From assembly GCA_022828085.1 (NCBI GenBank), contig JAJEIY010000031.1:13648-77647 (forward strand): 64,000 bases of DNA, read 5' to 3'. This DNA is from Acidobacteriota bacterium (lineage in GTDB: Bacteria > Acidobacteriota > Vicinamibacteria > Marinacidobacterales > Marinacidobacteraceae). Positions 38,948 to 49,558 of this stretch are shown here, one piece after another (position 1 is the stretch's first letter; each line of letters opens with the position of its first letter). Made by a program: the position numbers and the translations under genes. The notes beneath the pieces were generated by a model that did not search any database, had not been told where the DNA came from, and worked only from the letters and a program-made list of their open reading frames with translations.

Positions 38948-41900
38948 GGCAGACTCCGGATCCCGGCGACATCGTCGAGGGCGGCGGCGAACCCGGGCCG
39001 GGCCTTCGTCCGCGCGTAACCCGCGGGCCGCGGTCCGCAAACCGGCAGGTAGTCGCAGTAGTCGCACACCCGGTAGCCGACCCCCGGGTTCGGCAGGGCG
39101 GGGAAGCGTCCGCCCTGGACCGCCCGGTCGAGTCCCGCGACGAACGACTCGAAGACCGCCCGCGAGTCCTCGCTCGCCGCGTCCACCTCGGTTTCGAGGT
39201 AGGCGCCGCGGACCGTCGCGTAGTAGAGCCGGCCCGAGGCCGCGGGCGATCCGGACAGCGCCTCGTAGGCCAGGGCGTAGAGGAGTGGCTGCAGCGCCCG
39301 GCCGCCGAACAGGATGCTCTGGGTGTCGGTGGTCTCGATCGAGGCGCGTCCGGTCTTGTAATCCGTAATCTGCACGGTTCCGTCGGAGCGCCGCTCCACG
39401 ACGTCGATGGACCCGTGGAGCCGGAGCCCGCCGGGAAGCACCGCCGCCTCCGTCCGGCTGGCCGGGTCGGCGGGTTGTCGCGCCCCCATGCCGAAGGTGA
39501 GCTCGTTCGCCAGGGGGACGCGGCCGGTCTCGGCGTACCGCTGCAGGAAGCCGCGCAGGTCGCCGAGCAGCCCGTCCATCTGGTCGCGCCAGACGCGCTC
39601 GATCGCGGGCGCGACCCGCTCGCGCACGTCGGCCTCCACCCGCCGGAAGATCTCCGTCAGCAGCTCGAACGCCTCGTCGAGCCGTTCGCTCCGGAGCGGG
39701 GCCAACCCGCGTTGCCGGAATTCCCGTCCCAGGTGGAAGAACACGTCGTGCAGGAGGGAACCGCGGGTGAGGGGGTCCAGGTGGATCAGCGCCTCGGGAC
39801 GTTCGACCGGCCGCAGCCGGACGAGGTTCTTGAGAAAGAACTGATAGGGGCAGGCGGCGTACGCCTCGAGGCCGGTCGCCGAAAAGGAACGGTTCCCGGG
39901 ACGGTGCCGTTCCAGCGCCTCCAGCGCGGCCTGGTTCGGGTTCAGGAAGCCGTCGGGAGACTGCCACTTCCACTGCTGGCGCATGTACTCCTGGCGAAGG
40001 GCGCGCGCCAGACCCGGATCGGAGAGCAGATACGCCGCCGTTCCCGCGTCCCCGGCGCGGGCCTCCGGCCTGCCGAGCGCCGACGCGACCTGCGCGAGAT
40101 CGAACTCGCGCCGGTCGATCGCGAGCGACGCGTCGCGGGGAGCGCGAATCCCGCGCACCACCTTGCTCTCCCGGCCCGCCCGGGAACGGATTTCGGCGAG
40201 CGTCGGAATCTCCCCGAGACCCGCCCGGAACGTTTCCGCCAGGTAGTACGACGGCACCTGGGGACGGCCCTCGACGAGGTTCAGCGAGGAATAGCTGAGC
40301 GTGAGTCTCCGGGTGGCCGCGCCGATCCCGATCCGTAGCCGCAGGCGCTCGCGCCCGGCGAGGTCGGAACGGACCGGCAAGTCCGGAGAAAGCGCCTCGC
40401 GGTTCCGGTCGAGGAGCATCGGATCCTCGCGAAGCACCCGGGGGAACGCGCGTTCGGACAGTCCCGGAACGGCCACCACGTCGAAGGCGAGCCCGCGCGC
40501 GGCCTCGATGGGCCCTACCCAGACCCGGCCGTAGCGGCTGCCCCGGGAGCGGGTGACGACCTCGGCGAGCCGCCTGACGAGGCTGTCCCGCACTTCTTCG
40601 AGGGTGACCTCGGTGACGTCCCGCATCGGGTCCATTTCCGCCAGGCAGTCGACGACTCCCTGGGGATGGAGCAGGGCGGCCCGGGCCAGTCCTTCGAGGT
40701 GACGCGTCCACTCGGAATAGCTCGCGTGCGGGGAGGGGAGGGCCGCCAGCCGGCGGAGGATGGGAAGGGCGGTCTCCGTCAATCGCCGGAGGTCCTCCTG
40801 GCGCAGCCGGAGGTGCTCCCGCCTGGCGTCATCCGCTTCCGCCTCTTCGTCCTGCCGCAGCCGGTCCGCGAAGCGGGCGAGGCGCCTTTCCCAGCGGTCG
40901 AGACCCCCGATGACCTCGGAATCCAGGATGAGACGCTCCCAGCGGCGGGGCGCCACGAAACCCGGAACATCCGTCGCGCTGCCTTGTGCAGCATCGGTCC
41001 CGGGGTCCGCCGCCGGTGCGGCCGGGGTCTCCCCGAGCGAGAGGTATTCGGCGAACCGCGTCGCGGAGAGCCCTTCCCGGGCGCAGTCGAGGAGGACGAC
41101 AAAGGCCCGCCCGGCCGGATGCGGCCGCCGGGCGCCGGCATCGAAGAATGCGGGAATCCCGGCGCGCCCGAAGGCTTCCTGAAACGCCGAGGCCTGGCCC
41201 GCGGGCTCGGGGAGGAGGACGGCCATCCGGTCGAAGGGAACACCTTCGCCTGCCTCGGCGAGAAACGCGCGGGCGTGCTCGATGGCCTCCGCGGCGGTTC
41301 CGGGCGCCGCGATCACGCTGAGCCCGCGGCGCTCCCGGTCGGGGCCGGGCCGCCGGGTGGCGAACAGATGGCGTTGCGCGGAAGCCACCGCATCCTCGGG
41401 CTCCGCGTCCCCGGAGCCCGGTTCGGCTGCCGGAGACGGCACGGCGCCCAGCGCGAGAGCGGCTTTCTCGGTCGCGGTGTCCCCCTCGGGCAGCGTCAGG
41501 AACACCTCCGGGGCCGCTGCCGTGAGGGCGCCGGTGAAGCGGCGCGCCGCGCGGTCCCAGAGCGGAACGTCCAGCAGGAGGAGCGGCAGCCCTGCCGGGG
41601 GACCGGCGCCGCCCTCGATCCGGCGGGTGGCGGCGGCGAACGTTTCCGCCCGGTCGGCGAGGCGCGTTTCGGCCAGCGTTTCCGCGTAGGCGCCGTAAAG
41701 CGCCGCGAGGCCGTCGTCCCGGCCGGCCAGCCGGTCGGCGCCGACGCCTGCCAGCCGCAGTTCGTCGAACGTGGAGGCGAGCCGGACGGCGAGCCCCGGA
41801 CCCTCGGCCGCTTCGCCGAAGCGTCCGAGCGCTCCCTGCCGGCGCGCCCGGTGGATGACCCGGACCACCGCCGCGAGTCTCGCGGCGGGGGTCAGTGGCC

Positions 41901-42150
41901 TGAGCCCGCGCGCCGCCAGCTCGGAGCGGGCGAGATCCTGGGCGAGGACGAACAGACCGAAGCGGAAGGCGCCGAAGAGCGCGCCGGAGGCGCCCCTCGT
42001 CTCTGCCGCCCCGTGGACCATCCGGTCCGCGGCGTGGCGGTTGGGCGCGACGACGAGGAACGGCTGCTGCGCGCCGAGTTCCTCGAGGAACCGGCGGGCC
42101 GCCGTGATCCGTACCGCCGCCCGCGGGCTCTTGGCGAATCGCTTCCGCAC
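38944..42150 (-). CDS. addB: AddB-like inactive helicase with PD-(D/E)XK nuclease and Fe-S cysteines
   Basis: SATGLE..ACPY, GSIDVVE, DYKTG, LQP.LY, CDYCDYLPVC; TAGGGT-N7-GTG start. Confidence 0.85.
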   Translation of the reverse strand: MRKRFAKSPRAAVRITAARRFLEELGAQQPFLVVAPNRHAADRMVHGAAETRGASGALFGAFRFGLFVLAQDLARSELAARGLRPLTPAARLAAVVRVIHRARRQGALGRFGEAAEGPGLAVRLASTFDELRLAGVGADRLAGRDDGLAALYGAYAETLAETRLADRAETFAAATRRIEGGAGPPAGLPLLLLDVPLWDRAARRFTGALTAAAPEVFLTLPEGDTATEKAALALGAVPSPAAEPGSGDAEPEDAVASAQRHLFATRRPGPDRERRGLSVIAAPGTAAEAIEHARAFLAEAGEGVPFDRMAVLLPEPAGQASAFQEAFGRAGIPAFFDAGARRPHPAGRAFVVLLDCAREGLSATRFAEYLSLGETPAAPAADPGTDAAQGSATDVPGFVAPRRWERLILDSEVIGGLDRWERRLARFADRLRQDEEAEADDARREHLRLRQEDLRRLTETALPILRRLAALPSPHASYSEWTRHLEGLARAALLHPQGVVDCLAEMDPMRDVTEVTLEEVRDSLVRRLAEVVTRSRGSRYGRVWVGPIEAARGLAFDVVAVPGLSERAFPRVLREDPMLLDRNREALSPDLPVRSDLAGRERLRLRIGIGAATRRLTLSYSSLNLVEGRPQVPSYYLAETFRAGLGEIPTLAEIRSRAGRESKVVRGIRAPRDASLAIDRREFDLAQVASALGRPEARAGDAGTAAYLLSDPGLARALRQEYMRQQWKWQSPDGFLNPNQAALEALERHRPGNRSFSATGLEAYAACPYQFFLKNLVRLRPVERPEALIHLDPLTRGSLLHDVFFHLGREFRQRGLAPLRSERLDEAFELLTEIFRRVEADVRERVAPAIERVWRDQMDGLLGDLRGFLQRYAETGRVPLANELTFGMGARQPADPASRTEAAVLPGGLRLHGSIDVVERRSDGTVQITDYKTGRASIETTDTQSILFGGRALQPLLYALAYEALSGSPAASGRLYYATVRGAYLETEVDAASEDSRAVFESFVAGLDRAVQGGRFPALPNPGVGYRVCDYCDYLPVCGPRPAGYARTKARPGFAAALDDVAGIRSLP

Positions 42151-42216
42151 GGTCCTCACCCTAGGATCGAAACGCGACAAATCCTGTCGGGGAAGCGGGC
42201 GCCGCCTCCGGATCGG

Positions 42217-43431
42217 CTACCAGGTCTGGGTTTCGTCGGAATGCAGTTTCGGTGGCAGGCGGTAGGAGATCAGCGGATCGCGCAGTTGCGAGTTGTCCAC
42301 GAGCGCGGTGAACCGGTCGACTTTCGCCTTCGCTTCCCAGCGCGGCACCAGGCTGCGCAAGCGCCTTGCCAGGCGGCGCTTGTTCCGGAGGTAGAAGAGC
42401 AGCCCCCGGGTGGATTGGGGCGGGTAGTTGAGCTTGTCCGCCAGCTCGTCGCCGATCAGGGCGCGGGACACGCGATACACATAGTCGGCGAGATGCTGGC
42501 GCTCCCGGGGCTTCCGGATGCCGATCACCACCGGCGCGGAATTGACCAGGGCGTTCGCCATCACGATGCCCTCGATCGTCGGCCGCGGCTCGCAGGCGAT
42601 GGCAACCCGGCAGAGCTCGAGCGCCTCCGCCTCGCTCGTGAACAGGATCGTTTCCGGAACGCCCATCAGGTGCGCCGAGTAGCGCCAGATCTGGACGAAC
42701 GCCTCCCGTTCTTCCCGGGTCGGCTCGGCTCCGAGTCTCATCGCCGCCTCGAGCACCCGCGCCGAGAAGTTGGCGGCGGCCAGCGAAACGTGCCCGATAT
42801 GGATCGGCGTCCCGACCTCCGCCTCGTCCCACTCGTCGGATCTCCTGAGGTGATACCGCACCTGGGCGTGGATAAGCCGGATCCTCACGCTCAGCTTCCA
42901 GCCCTCGCCCTGGCGTTCGAGACCCCCCGGGATCGTGATCTCGATGAGTTGGCGGATGTTCTGGCGGAGACGCCGGACCCCGTGGTCCGTCAGCCTTCCG
43001 GTGGTGAAGAACGACTTGCTGATGAGGGTCGTGAAGCCCCAGACGATGCTCGAGCCGACCAGCGCCTGGACGTAGAGGTCCGAATCGGCGTGAAAGGCCC
43101 GGCAACCCGGATAGACCGCCTTCGAATCGAACCAGTCGGGCTGGATGGAACTGGATTCGATGAGTTCCCGGAGTTCCGCCGGCGCGTCCCGGAAGCCGGC
43201 CTCGTCCTCCTCCATCCCCGCCGTGATGATCTCGTGGATCCGTTTCTGGGGCAGGTCCACCATGGACTCGATCGCCGCATCGGCGAGCGGGTCCCCCTTC
43301 GTGGTGTGCTCGATGTACCGGTGCGCCAACTCCGGATCGTTCCAGCGCGCCCTCTCGTAGCCGGTGCGGTACGCGGACGGAACAAGGACCTCCGGAGGTT
43401 GCGGCGCGAATCGCTCCTGGCGCGTGGACAT
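42217..43431 (-). CDS. MpaB/rubber-oxygenase (Lcp/DUF2236)-like haem protein
   Basis: GDPLAD, P.WFD, TGRL, RRL..N, RIRLIHAQVR, WRY.AHLMGV. Confidence 0.8.
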   Translation of the reverse strand: MSTRQERFAPQPPEVLVPSAYRTGYERARWNDPELAHRYIEHTTKGDPLADAAIESMVDLPQKRIHEIITAGMEEDEAGFRDAPAELRELIESSSIQPDWFDSKAVYPGCRAFHADSDLYVQALVGSSIVWGFTTLISKSFFTTGRLTDHGVRRLRQNIRQLIEITIPGGLERQGEGWKLSVRIRLIHAQVRYHLRRSDEWDEAEVGTPIHIGHVSLAAANFSARVLEAAMRLGAEPTREEREAFVQIWRYSAHLMGVPETILFTSEAEALELCRVAIACEPRPTIEGIVMANALVNSAPVVIGIRKPRERQHLADYVYRVSRALIGDELADKLNYPPQSTRGLLFYLRNKRRLARRLRSLVPRWEAKAKVDRFTALVDNSQLRDPLISYRLPPKLHSDETQTW

Positions 43432-43436
43432 GCAAT

Positions 43437-43490
43437 GACCGACCGAACCGACCGTACCCACCGAACCGATCGAACCGACCGAACGAACCG
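43437..43490. repeat. Imperfect 9-bp tandem repeat (GACCGAACC x5)
   Basis: gaccgaacc gaccgtacc caccgaacc gatcgaacc gaccgaacg at 43441-43485. Confidence 0.8.
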
Positions 43491-43498
43491 GGCGAACT

Positions 43499-46400
43499 CT
43501 ATACCTGACGCGTTCCCACGATAACCCTGGCGGTGGTCGGACCGGGTTCGCGCGGGCTTTCCCCGGTCGGCAACGATCTCCTGCCCCGCAGCAACAGGGC
43601 GGCGTCGTCGCCCAGGCTGTAGAGCGCGGGAACGATGAGGAGCGTCACCAGAGTGGCGAAGGCGACCCCGAAGGCGAGCGAAGCGGCCATCGGGATGAGG
43701 AACTGCGCCTGGATGCTGCGCTCGGCCATCAGCGGAGCGAGGCCGGCGCAGGTGGTCACCGAGGTCAGGATGATGGGCCGGAACCGGAGGGGGCCGGCCG
43801 CGAGGACCGCCTCCCGGGTGGGCATCCCGGCGCGGCGCTCCCGGTTGATGAAATCCAGCAGCACCAGGGCGTCGTTCACCACGATCCCGACGAGCGGCAC
43901 CATGCCGAAGAAACTGGGAATCGAGAACGGCACCCCCATGATCAGGTGGCCGAAAATGGCCCCTGCGAGCCCGAAGGGCACTGCCGCCATGATGACGAAG
44001 GGTTGTGTCCACGAGGAGAGCGGCACCGCGAGCAGCGCGTAGATGAGGATGAGCGCCAGCAGCACGTTCTGCTGGAGAGCCTCCAGGGTCTCCGCCTGAT
44101 CGCCGGCCAGTCCGACGACGTCGAATCGCAGGTCGGGATACCCGTTCCCGAGATCGGGAAGCACCCGCGCCTGGACATCGGCCAGCACCGCCCCGGCGGA
44201 GGCGACCCGGGGGTCCACGTTCGTGTGGACGGTGATCGCCCGCGCCCCGTCCACGCGCCGGATTGCCGCCAGCTTCTCGGCGCGCGCGAGTTCGGCAACC
44301 TCCCCGATGGGAGCCACCCCGCCGTCCGCACGCCGGACCCGCATCCCGGTCACGTCTTCGGGCCGGGTGCGGCCCGATTCCGGGTAGCGCAGGAGCACAC
44401 GGATTTCATCGCGTCCCCGCTGGATCCGCTGCACTTCCTCGCCGTAGAACGCCTGGCGCAACTGGCGTCCGAATTCGCCGGCGCCGATCCCGATCCCGGC
44501 CCCGCCGGAACGGACGCGCGCCACCAGTTCGGGAGCGCTGCCGTCCCAGTCGTCCCGCACCGCGCTGACTCCCCCGTACTCGCGGAGGAGCGTCTGCAGG
44601 CCCGCCGACGCCTCGTGCAACGCCTCCATGTCGTCTCCGCTGATCCGGATCGAGATGTCCGCCTCCTCGCCCAGGATCGACGTCAGGACCGTCACCTCGC
44701 CGCCGTGCGGAAGCGTGCCGGTGAGGCCGCGCAGCCGGTCGCCGATCCCCCGGGCGGTGAATCCGGCCCGCTGCTCGGCGGGAATGAGTTCGAGCACCAC
44801 CTGGCCGATGGTGGTTCCGGACCCGGCCAGCGCTCCCCCGATGGCTCCTCCCGGGCCGAAGGGAAGCTGCTGGCCGGAGAGCGCCGTCAGGTTCCGCTGC
44901 GGGTCCACGCCGTACTCGGCGCGGACCTCTTCGCGGATCCGGACGATCGCGGCCTCGACCTCTCCGACGACTTCCGCCGTGGCGTTCGCCGAGGAACCGG
45001 GCGGGAGCGAGACCTGCACGGTGATCACGTCGCTGTCGAACGGCGGCGTGGTCTCCACCGGCACCCAGCCGCCGCCCAGGAGGCCCAGGGACAGCGCCAG
45101 CGACAGGATCCCGAGGGCCACCGTCGCGAGCCGGTTCCTGAGCGACCAGCCCAGCGCCGGGCGGTAGAGGACGTCGATGCTCCAGTCGAGAGCGCCCTGG
45201 AAACCTGCCCGGATCCGGGCGAGCCGGCGGCTCGGCCGCACCCCGAGCCCCCCGTGCGCCATGTGGTGGGGAAGGATCCAGGCGGCGTCCACCAGCGAGA
45301 AGGCGAGTACCGGGATGACGATGCGGGGAAGGGTGCCCATGAGGTCGCCCCAGATGCCGGGGAGGCCCAGCAGCGGCCCGAACGCCGCCATGGTCGTCAG
45401 AACCCCGAAGGAGGCGGGGAAGAGGACCTGGCGCACGCCCCTGACGGCCGCGGCTTCCACCCCCGTCTTCGCGAGGGAGACGTGGCGCTGCACGTTCTCG
45501 CCCACCACGATCGCGTCGTCCACCACGATCCCGAGGGTCAGGATGAACCCGAACAGGCTGAACATGTTCACGGTCACCCCGAGTCCGGGCATCATCAGGA
45601 AGGCGCCGAAGAAGGCCACCGGGAGTCCGGCGGCGGTCCAGACCGCGAGACGGCTCGACAGGGTGAAGAAGAGAACGAGGAAGATGAGGGCCAGGCCCTG
45701 CAGCCCGTTCCGGACGAGGACGTCCATGCGGCTCTCGAAGAGCTGCCAGGCGTCGAACCAGGGAGTCACCGAGAGCCCCTCCGGCATGCCTCGTTCGATC
45801 TCGCGGACTTCGGCGTGGACGGCCTCCGCAGTCTCGAGGAGCCGGGCGCCGCTCGCGAGCATGACCTCGAGGAGCGCCGCGGGCTCCCCGTTCATGCGCG
45901 CCGTCCGCTGCACGTCCGCGAAACCATCGGTGACGACGGCGACGTCTCCGACCGTGACGACGCCGCCGCCGGGCGCGGCGATCAGGGGAATCCGGGCGAA
46001 GTCCTCCCCGGTGACCGCTTCCGCCTCGGTGCTGACCCGCAACTCGCCGCTGTCGGAACGGATCGAGCCGCCCGGGACGTCCGCCGAACCCCGGCGGATC
46101 GCCATCGCAACCTGGTCGAACGTCAGCCCGAATCGGGTGAGGACGTCCTCCGAAACCTCGATCGAGATCTCGTAGTCCCTCCCCGAGGCGATCTCCACCG
46201 TCGCCACCCCGGGGATGGGGGTGAGCGCGTCCCGGACGCGGTGCGCCGCCTCGGTGAGGCTCCGTTCGTCGGCGTCCCCGTGGACCGCGATCCGCAGCAG
46301 CAGCGGATCCACCCGCACCTCCGCGATCACCGGTTCCTCGGCGTCCGCCGGCAGGGTCGTGAGGGACTCCACCCGTTCCCGGATCTCGTCGCTCACGCTC

Positions 46401-46756
46401 CGGAAATCGGCCCAGCGTTCCACCTCGACGGTGAGCACGCCGACCCCCTCGGTCGCGAGGCCGGCGATCTCCTTCACCCCCGAGACGTCGTCGAGCGTCT
46501 CCTCGAGTCCCGTAAGGACGCTGTCCTCGATCACCTCGGCGCCGGCGCCCGGGAACACGGTGGTGACGGTCAGCGCCGAGGACCGCGTCTCGGGGATCAT
46601 CTCCTGCGGGATGCCGCCCAGGGTGAGCAGCCCGCCCAGCGAGATCCCGAGCAGCAGGAGGTTGGCGGCCACCCGGTTCCTGACGAACCAGGAGATCACC
46701 CCCGACTCCGGGCGACTGCCCGGTCCGGTGGAGGGCCCCTCCACCTTCGCGTCCAT
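43499..46756 (-). CDS. RND efflux permease (AcrB family)
   Basis: NRVAANLL, GIVVDDAIVVGEN, GIVVND, RFRPIILTS.TT; 1085 aa. Confidence 0.95.
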   Translation of the reverse strand: MDAKVEGPSTGPGSRPESGVISWFVRNRVAANLLLLGISLGGLLTLGGIPQEMIPETRSSALTVTTVFPGAGAEVIEDSVLTGLEETLDDVSGVKEIAGLATEGVGVLTVEVERWADFRSVSDEIRERVESLTTLPADAEEPVIAEVRVDPLLLRIAVHGDADERSLTEAAHRVRDALTPIPGVATVEIASGRDYEISIEVSEDVLTRFGLTFDQVAMAIRRGSADVPGGSIRSDSGELRVSTEAEAVTGEDFARIPLIAAPGGGVVTVGDVAVVTDGFADVQRTARMNGEPAALLEVMLASGARLLETAEAVHAEVREIERGMPEGLSVTPWFDAWQLFESRMDVLVRNGLQGLALIFLVLFFTLSSRLAVWTAAGLPVAFFGAFLMMPGLGVTVNMFSLFGFILTLGIVVDDAIVVGENVQRHVSLAKTGVEAAAVRGVRQVLFPASFGVLTTMAAFGPLLGLPGIWGDLMGTLPRIVIPVLAFSLVDAAWILPHHMAHGGLGVRPSRRLARIRAGFQGALDWSIDVLYRPALGWSLRNRLATVALGILSLALSLGLLGGGWVPVETTPPFDSDVITVQVSLPPGSSANATAEVVGEVEAAIVRIREEVRAEYGVDPQRNLTALSGQQLPFGPGGAIGGALAGSGTTIGQVVLELIPAEQRAGFTARGIGDRLRGLTGTLPHGGEVTVLTSILGEEADISIRISGDDMEALHEASAGLQTLLREYGGVSAVRDDWDGSAPELVARVRSGGAGIGIGAGEFGRQLRQAFYGEEVQRIQRGRDEIRVLLRYPESGRTRPEDVTGMRVRRADGGVAPIGEVAELARAEKLAAIRRVDGARAITVHTNVDPRVASAGAVLADVQARVLPDLGNGYPDLRFDVVGLAGDQAETLEALQQNVLLALILIYALLAVPLSSWTQPFVIMAAVPFGLAGAIFGHLIMGVPFSIPSFFGMVPLVGIVVNDALVLLDFINRERRAGMPTREAVLAAGPLRFRPIILTSVTTCAGLAPLMAERSIQAQFLIPMAASLAFGVAFATLVTLLIVPALYSLGDDAALLLRGRRSLPTGESPREPGPTTARVIVGTRQV

Positions 46757-46763
46757 GTCCGAA

Positions 46764-47927
46764 CTACTCGCCGTCCGGGATCGCCGCCAGCCGCACCGTC
46801 ATCCCCTCGGTGACGATCGCCGGCGGGTTCGTCACCACCCGATCCCCGTGCGCGAGTCCCGAGCGGACCAGCAGGTCTCCGTCTTCCGTGGACCAGAACG
46901 CGTCCACCTCGCGGATCGCGATCCGGTCCCCGTCGGTCACGACCAGCACCCGCCCGTCCTCCCGGAACGCGCTGCGGGGCACCACGGCCACCCCGGGATA
47001 CTCGCGTCCCTCGATCTGCGCCCGCACGAACATCCCCGCCACCAGCGGCGGACGGCCTCCCGGCCCCTCTCCGTAGGGATCCCGGACCTCGATCACCGCC
47101 GGAAAGAACCGCGTTGCCGGATCCACTTCGCCCGCCATCCGCACCAGCCGGCCCTCCCAGCTCCAGGTGGTCGAGGCGAGCGCCGGACCCAGCACCGCCG
47201 TCAGCCGGGCGCGCGGCCCCTGGCCGCCGGAAGCGCCTCCGAACGGCAACTCCATGAGCTCCAGTGCGGCATCCGGCAGCGACACCCGGATTTCCGCCAC
47301 GTCCACCGAGAGGAGTTCCACCAGCGGCACTCCGGGCGCGGCCCATTCGCCGACCTCGGCGTTCCGTGAGCCCACGAGGCCCGTGTGGGGCGCCCGCACC
47401 TCCGTCTTCCGGAGCTCGTTCTCCGCCCGTTTCAGCGATGCCTCCGCCGCCGCGACCCCGGCGCGCGCCGCGGCGAGCTGCGGGACCCGAAGCGCGAGGG
47501 CATCCGGTTCCGCGCCTTCTCCCGACCACTCTTCCTCCGCGAGCCGCGACAGGCCTTCCTCCGACTGCAACTGCAGCCGGGCCTGCGCCACCTGGCTCCG
47601 CGCCATCTCCACCGCCTGTTCATAGGCGAGCGACTCGATCCGGAAGAGCGCCGCGCCCTCTTCCACCCGCGCTCCGTCGCGCAGGCCGGGCGCCGACCAG
47701 ACGACCTGGCCCGCCACCTCGGCCGCAACGGTAGTCCGCCGCGACGGGCGTACGGTCCCGTCCGCCTGGACCGTCACCCGCTCGGGACCCACGCGGACCG
47801 TTGCCGCCCGCACCTCGGGCAGCACCGTTTCGATCTCCTGCGCCTGCGGCCTGGGGCCGAGCGCGACCAGGAGCGCCAGCACGGCGCCCGCGCCGATCAG
47901 TATCGGTATGAACAAGAACCTTCGCAT
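46764..47927 (-). CDS. RND periplasmic adaptor (membrane fusion protein)
   Basis: N-terminal TM; AEVAGQV, VRAPHTGLV, VDPATR, GMFVRA. Confidence 0.9.
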   Translation of the reverse strand: MRRFLFIPILIGAGAVLALLVALGPRPQAQEIETVLPEVRAATVRVGPERVTVQADGTVRPSRRTTVAAEVAGQVVWSAPGLRDGARVEEGAALFRIESLAYEQAVEMARSQVAQARLQLQSEEGLSRLAEEEWSGEGAEPDALALRVPQLAAARAGVAAAEASLKRAENELRKTEVRAPHTGLVGSRNAEVGEWAAPGVPLVELLSVDVAEIRVSLPDAALELMELPFGGASGGQGPRARLTAVLGPALASTTWSWEGRLVRMAGEVDPATRFFPAVIEVRDPYGEGPGGRPPLVAGMFVRAQIEGREYPGVAVVPRSAFREDGRVLVVTDGDRIAIREVDAFWSTEDGDLLVRSGLAHGDRVVTNPPAIVTEGMTVRLAAIPDGE

Positions 47928-49420
47928 CACCGCTCCCCGGCGTCCGCCGTCTCGTCCCCATTCGTGCGCTCGAACCCGCCCCCGAGCGCCAGCGAGAGGT
48001 TCACGCGGTTGTCGAGCCGCGCCCGCAACTGCGACAGGTGGCCCGACTCCGCCACCAGGACCGCCCGCTCGGCTTCCAACTCCATGAGTCGCGTGACGAA
48101 GCCCCCGCGACGCTGGCTCCGAGTCCGTGAAAGCGCCCGGCGGCTCGCCGTGAGCGCCTCCGCCGAACGTGACTCCATCTCCCTGAGCGACTCCTCCGCG
48201 GAAAGCGCCGCCTCCACCTCCTGGTAGGCCGTCAACACCGTCCGCGCGTACACCGCCAGCGCCTCGCGATCGCGCGCCTCCTCCTGACGGATCTGCGCCC
48301 GGATCCGGCCTCTCTGGAACACGGGCGCCGCAATCCGCGCGATCAGGCTCCACACCGAGAAGTCCCCGTTCACGAGTTGCCGCAGCCGCGTGGACGCCGT
48401 GCCCACGGAGCTGGTCAGCGGAAACTGGGGATAGCGCGCCCGCCGCGCCATTTCGGTGAACTCCTGCGACATGGCGAGGCGCCGCTCGGCGCTTGCCACG
48501 TCCGGACGCCGGGAGATGAGGTCCGCCGGCGCTCCCGCCGGAACCGCACTCCGGGCCGCGGGCAGGTCGCCGCCGAGTTCCCAGTCCGGCCCGGGCTCTC
48601 CGTCGGGATAGTCCGTGAAGAGAACCTCCAGACTCCGCACCGCGGCCGCCCGCGCCTGCCGCCGGCTGGCGGCGGCCGCCCGCGCCTCGGCGAGACGGGC
48701 TTCCGCGGCGTCGACCTCGGCAAGGGCCGCGTCGCCGATGCGCGCCCGTTCCCGCGTCCAGCGCACCGTCTCCCCCCGGCTCGCCGCGATCGCTTCGGCG
48801 ATGCGCGCCTGCTCCCGGGCCTCGACCGCCAGGAAGTAGAGGCGCGAAGCCTGGCCGGCCAGCGAGACCCGCGCTCCCGCGACCTCGGCGACCGCCGCCT
48901 CCATCACGGCGTTCGCGGCGCGCGCCCGCGGCGTCGCGGCGCGCCAGAGGTTCGCTTCCCAGCTCAGGTCCAGGGAGAGCCCGTAGCGGACGAAGTCCGC
49001 CGTGAGGACCTCCTCCTCTCCGAAACCAGGGATCGGCAGCCCGGCGGATGCCGCGATGTCCGAGATCGGCAGGCCGATGAAGGCCTGCCGCGCCTGCAGA
49101 CGGTCCACTCCCGCTCCGACCTGGGGATAGAGCGCGCTCCTCGCAATCCCCGCGTCGGCGGCCGCCTGCGCGAGGCGCGCCGCCGCCTCCCGAAGCGTGA
49201 GGTTGCCCGATATCGCCCGCTCGACGACCCGATCGAGGGCCGGATCGCCGAACGAGGTCCACCAGTCCGCGGTCGGAGCGGCCTCCGCCGCGGCGGCCGC
49301 GGGAGCCGCCGGCTCGGGCGTGAACTCGACCTCCGGGTCCGCGATCGGAGCCCGCAGACCACCGCAACCGCTCGCCAGCGCGCAGGCGACGGCCAGCGCC
49401 GTTCGTCGGCCCACCTTCAT
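47927..49420 (-). CDS. Outer-membrane efflux lipoprotein (NodT/OprM family)
   Basis: LASGC lipobox; WWTSFGDPALD, LSWE..LW, RRPDV..AE, LALGGG. Confidence 0.92.
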   Translation of the reverse strand: MKVGRRTALAVACALASGCGGLRAPIADPEVEFTPEPAAPAAAAAEAAPTADWWTSFGDPALDRVVERAISGNLTLREAAARLAQAAADAGIARSALYPQVGAGVDRLQARQAFIGLPISDIAASAGLPIPGFGEEEVLTADFVRYGLSLDLSWEANLWRAATPRARAANAVMEAAVAEVAGARVSLAGQASRLYFLAVEAREQARIAEAIAASRGETVRWTRERARIGDAALAEVDAAEARLAEARAAAASRRQARAAAVRSLEVLFTDYPDGEPGPDWELGGDLPAARSAVPAGAPADLISRRPDVASAERRLAMSQEFTEMARRARYPQFPLTSSVGTASTRLRQLVNGDFSVWSLIARIAAPVFQRGRIRAQIRQEEARDREALAVYARTVLTAYQEVEAALSAEESLREMESRSAEALTASRRALSRTRSQRRGGFVTRLMELEAERAVLVAESGHLSQLRARLDNRVNLSLALGGGFERTNGDETADAGER

Positions 49421-49558
49421 GGCGCGTGAGTGTATTCGTTGGCCACTCCCCGCGGGGCGGGAGTCCGCCCCTGTTGAAGGGCGGCGTCCGCTCGCGTACG
49501 ATCATCGGTTCGCATTTCGGTTCCCGTCAGGCTGCGGCCTGTCTTGACGGAGGCTTTC

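Noticed and set aside
35441-40711. 1756-aa AddA, and similarly over-extended ORFs 2675-5512, 12966-15482, 24533-26692, 27000-29615 and 46764-49505, read as novel fusions
   Set aside because: The extensions are low-complexity off-frame readings of neighbouring genes; real starts are marked by stop/start overlaps or -10 boxes
35441-42150. Helicase-nuclease pair as a defence system
   Set aside because: Order, size and motifs match housekeeping AddAB recombination genes, and composition matches the host
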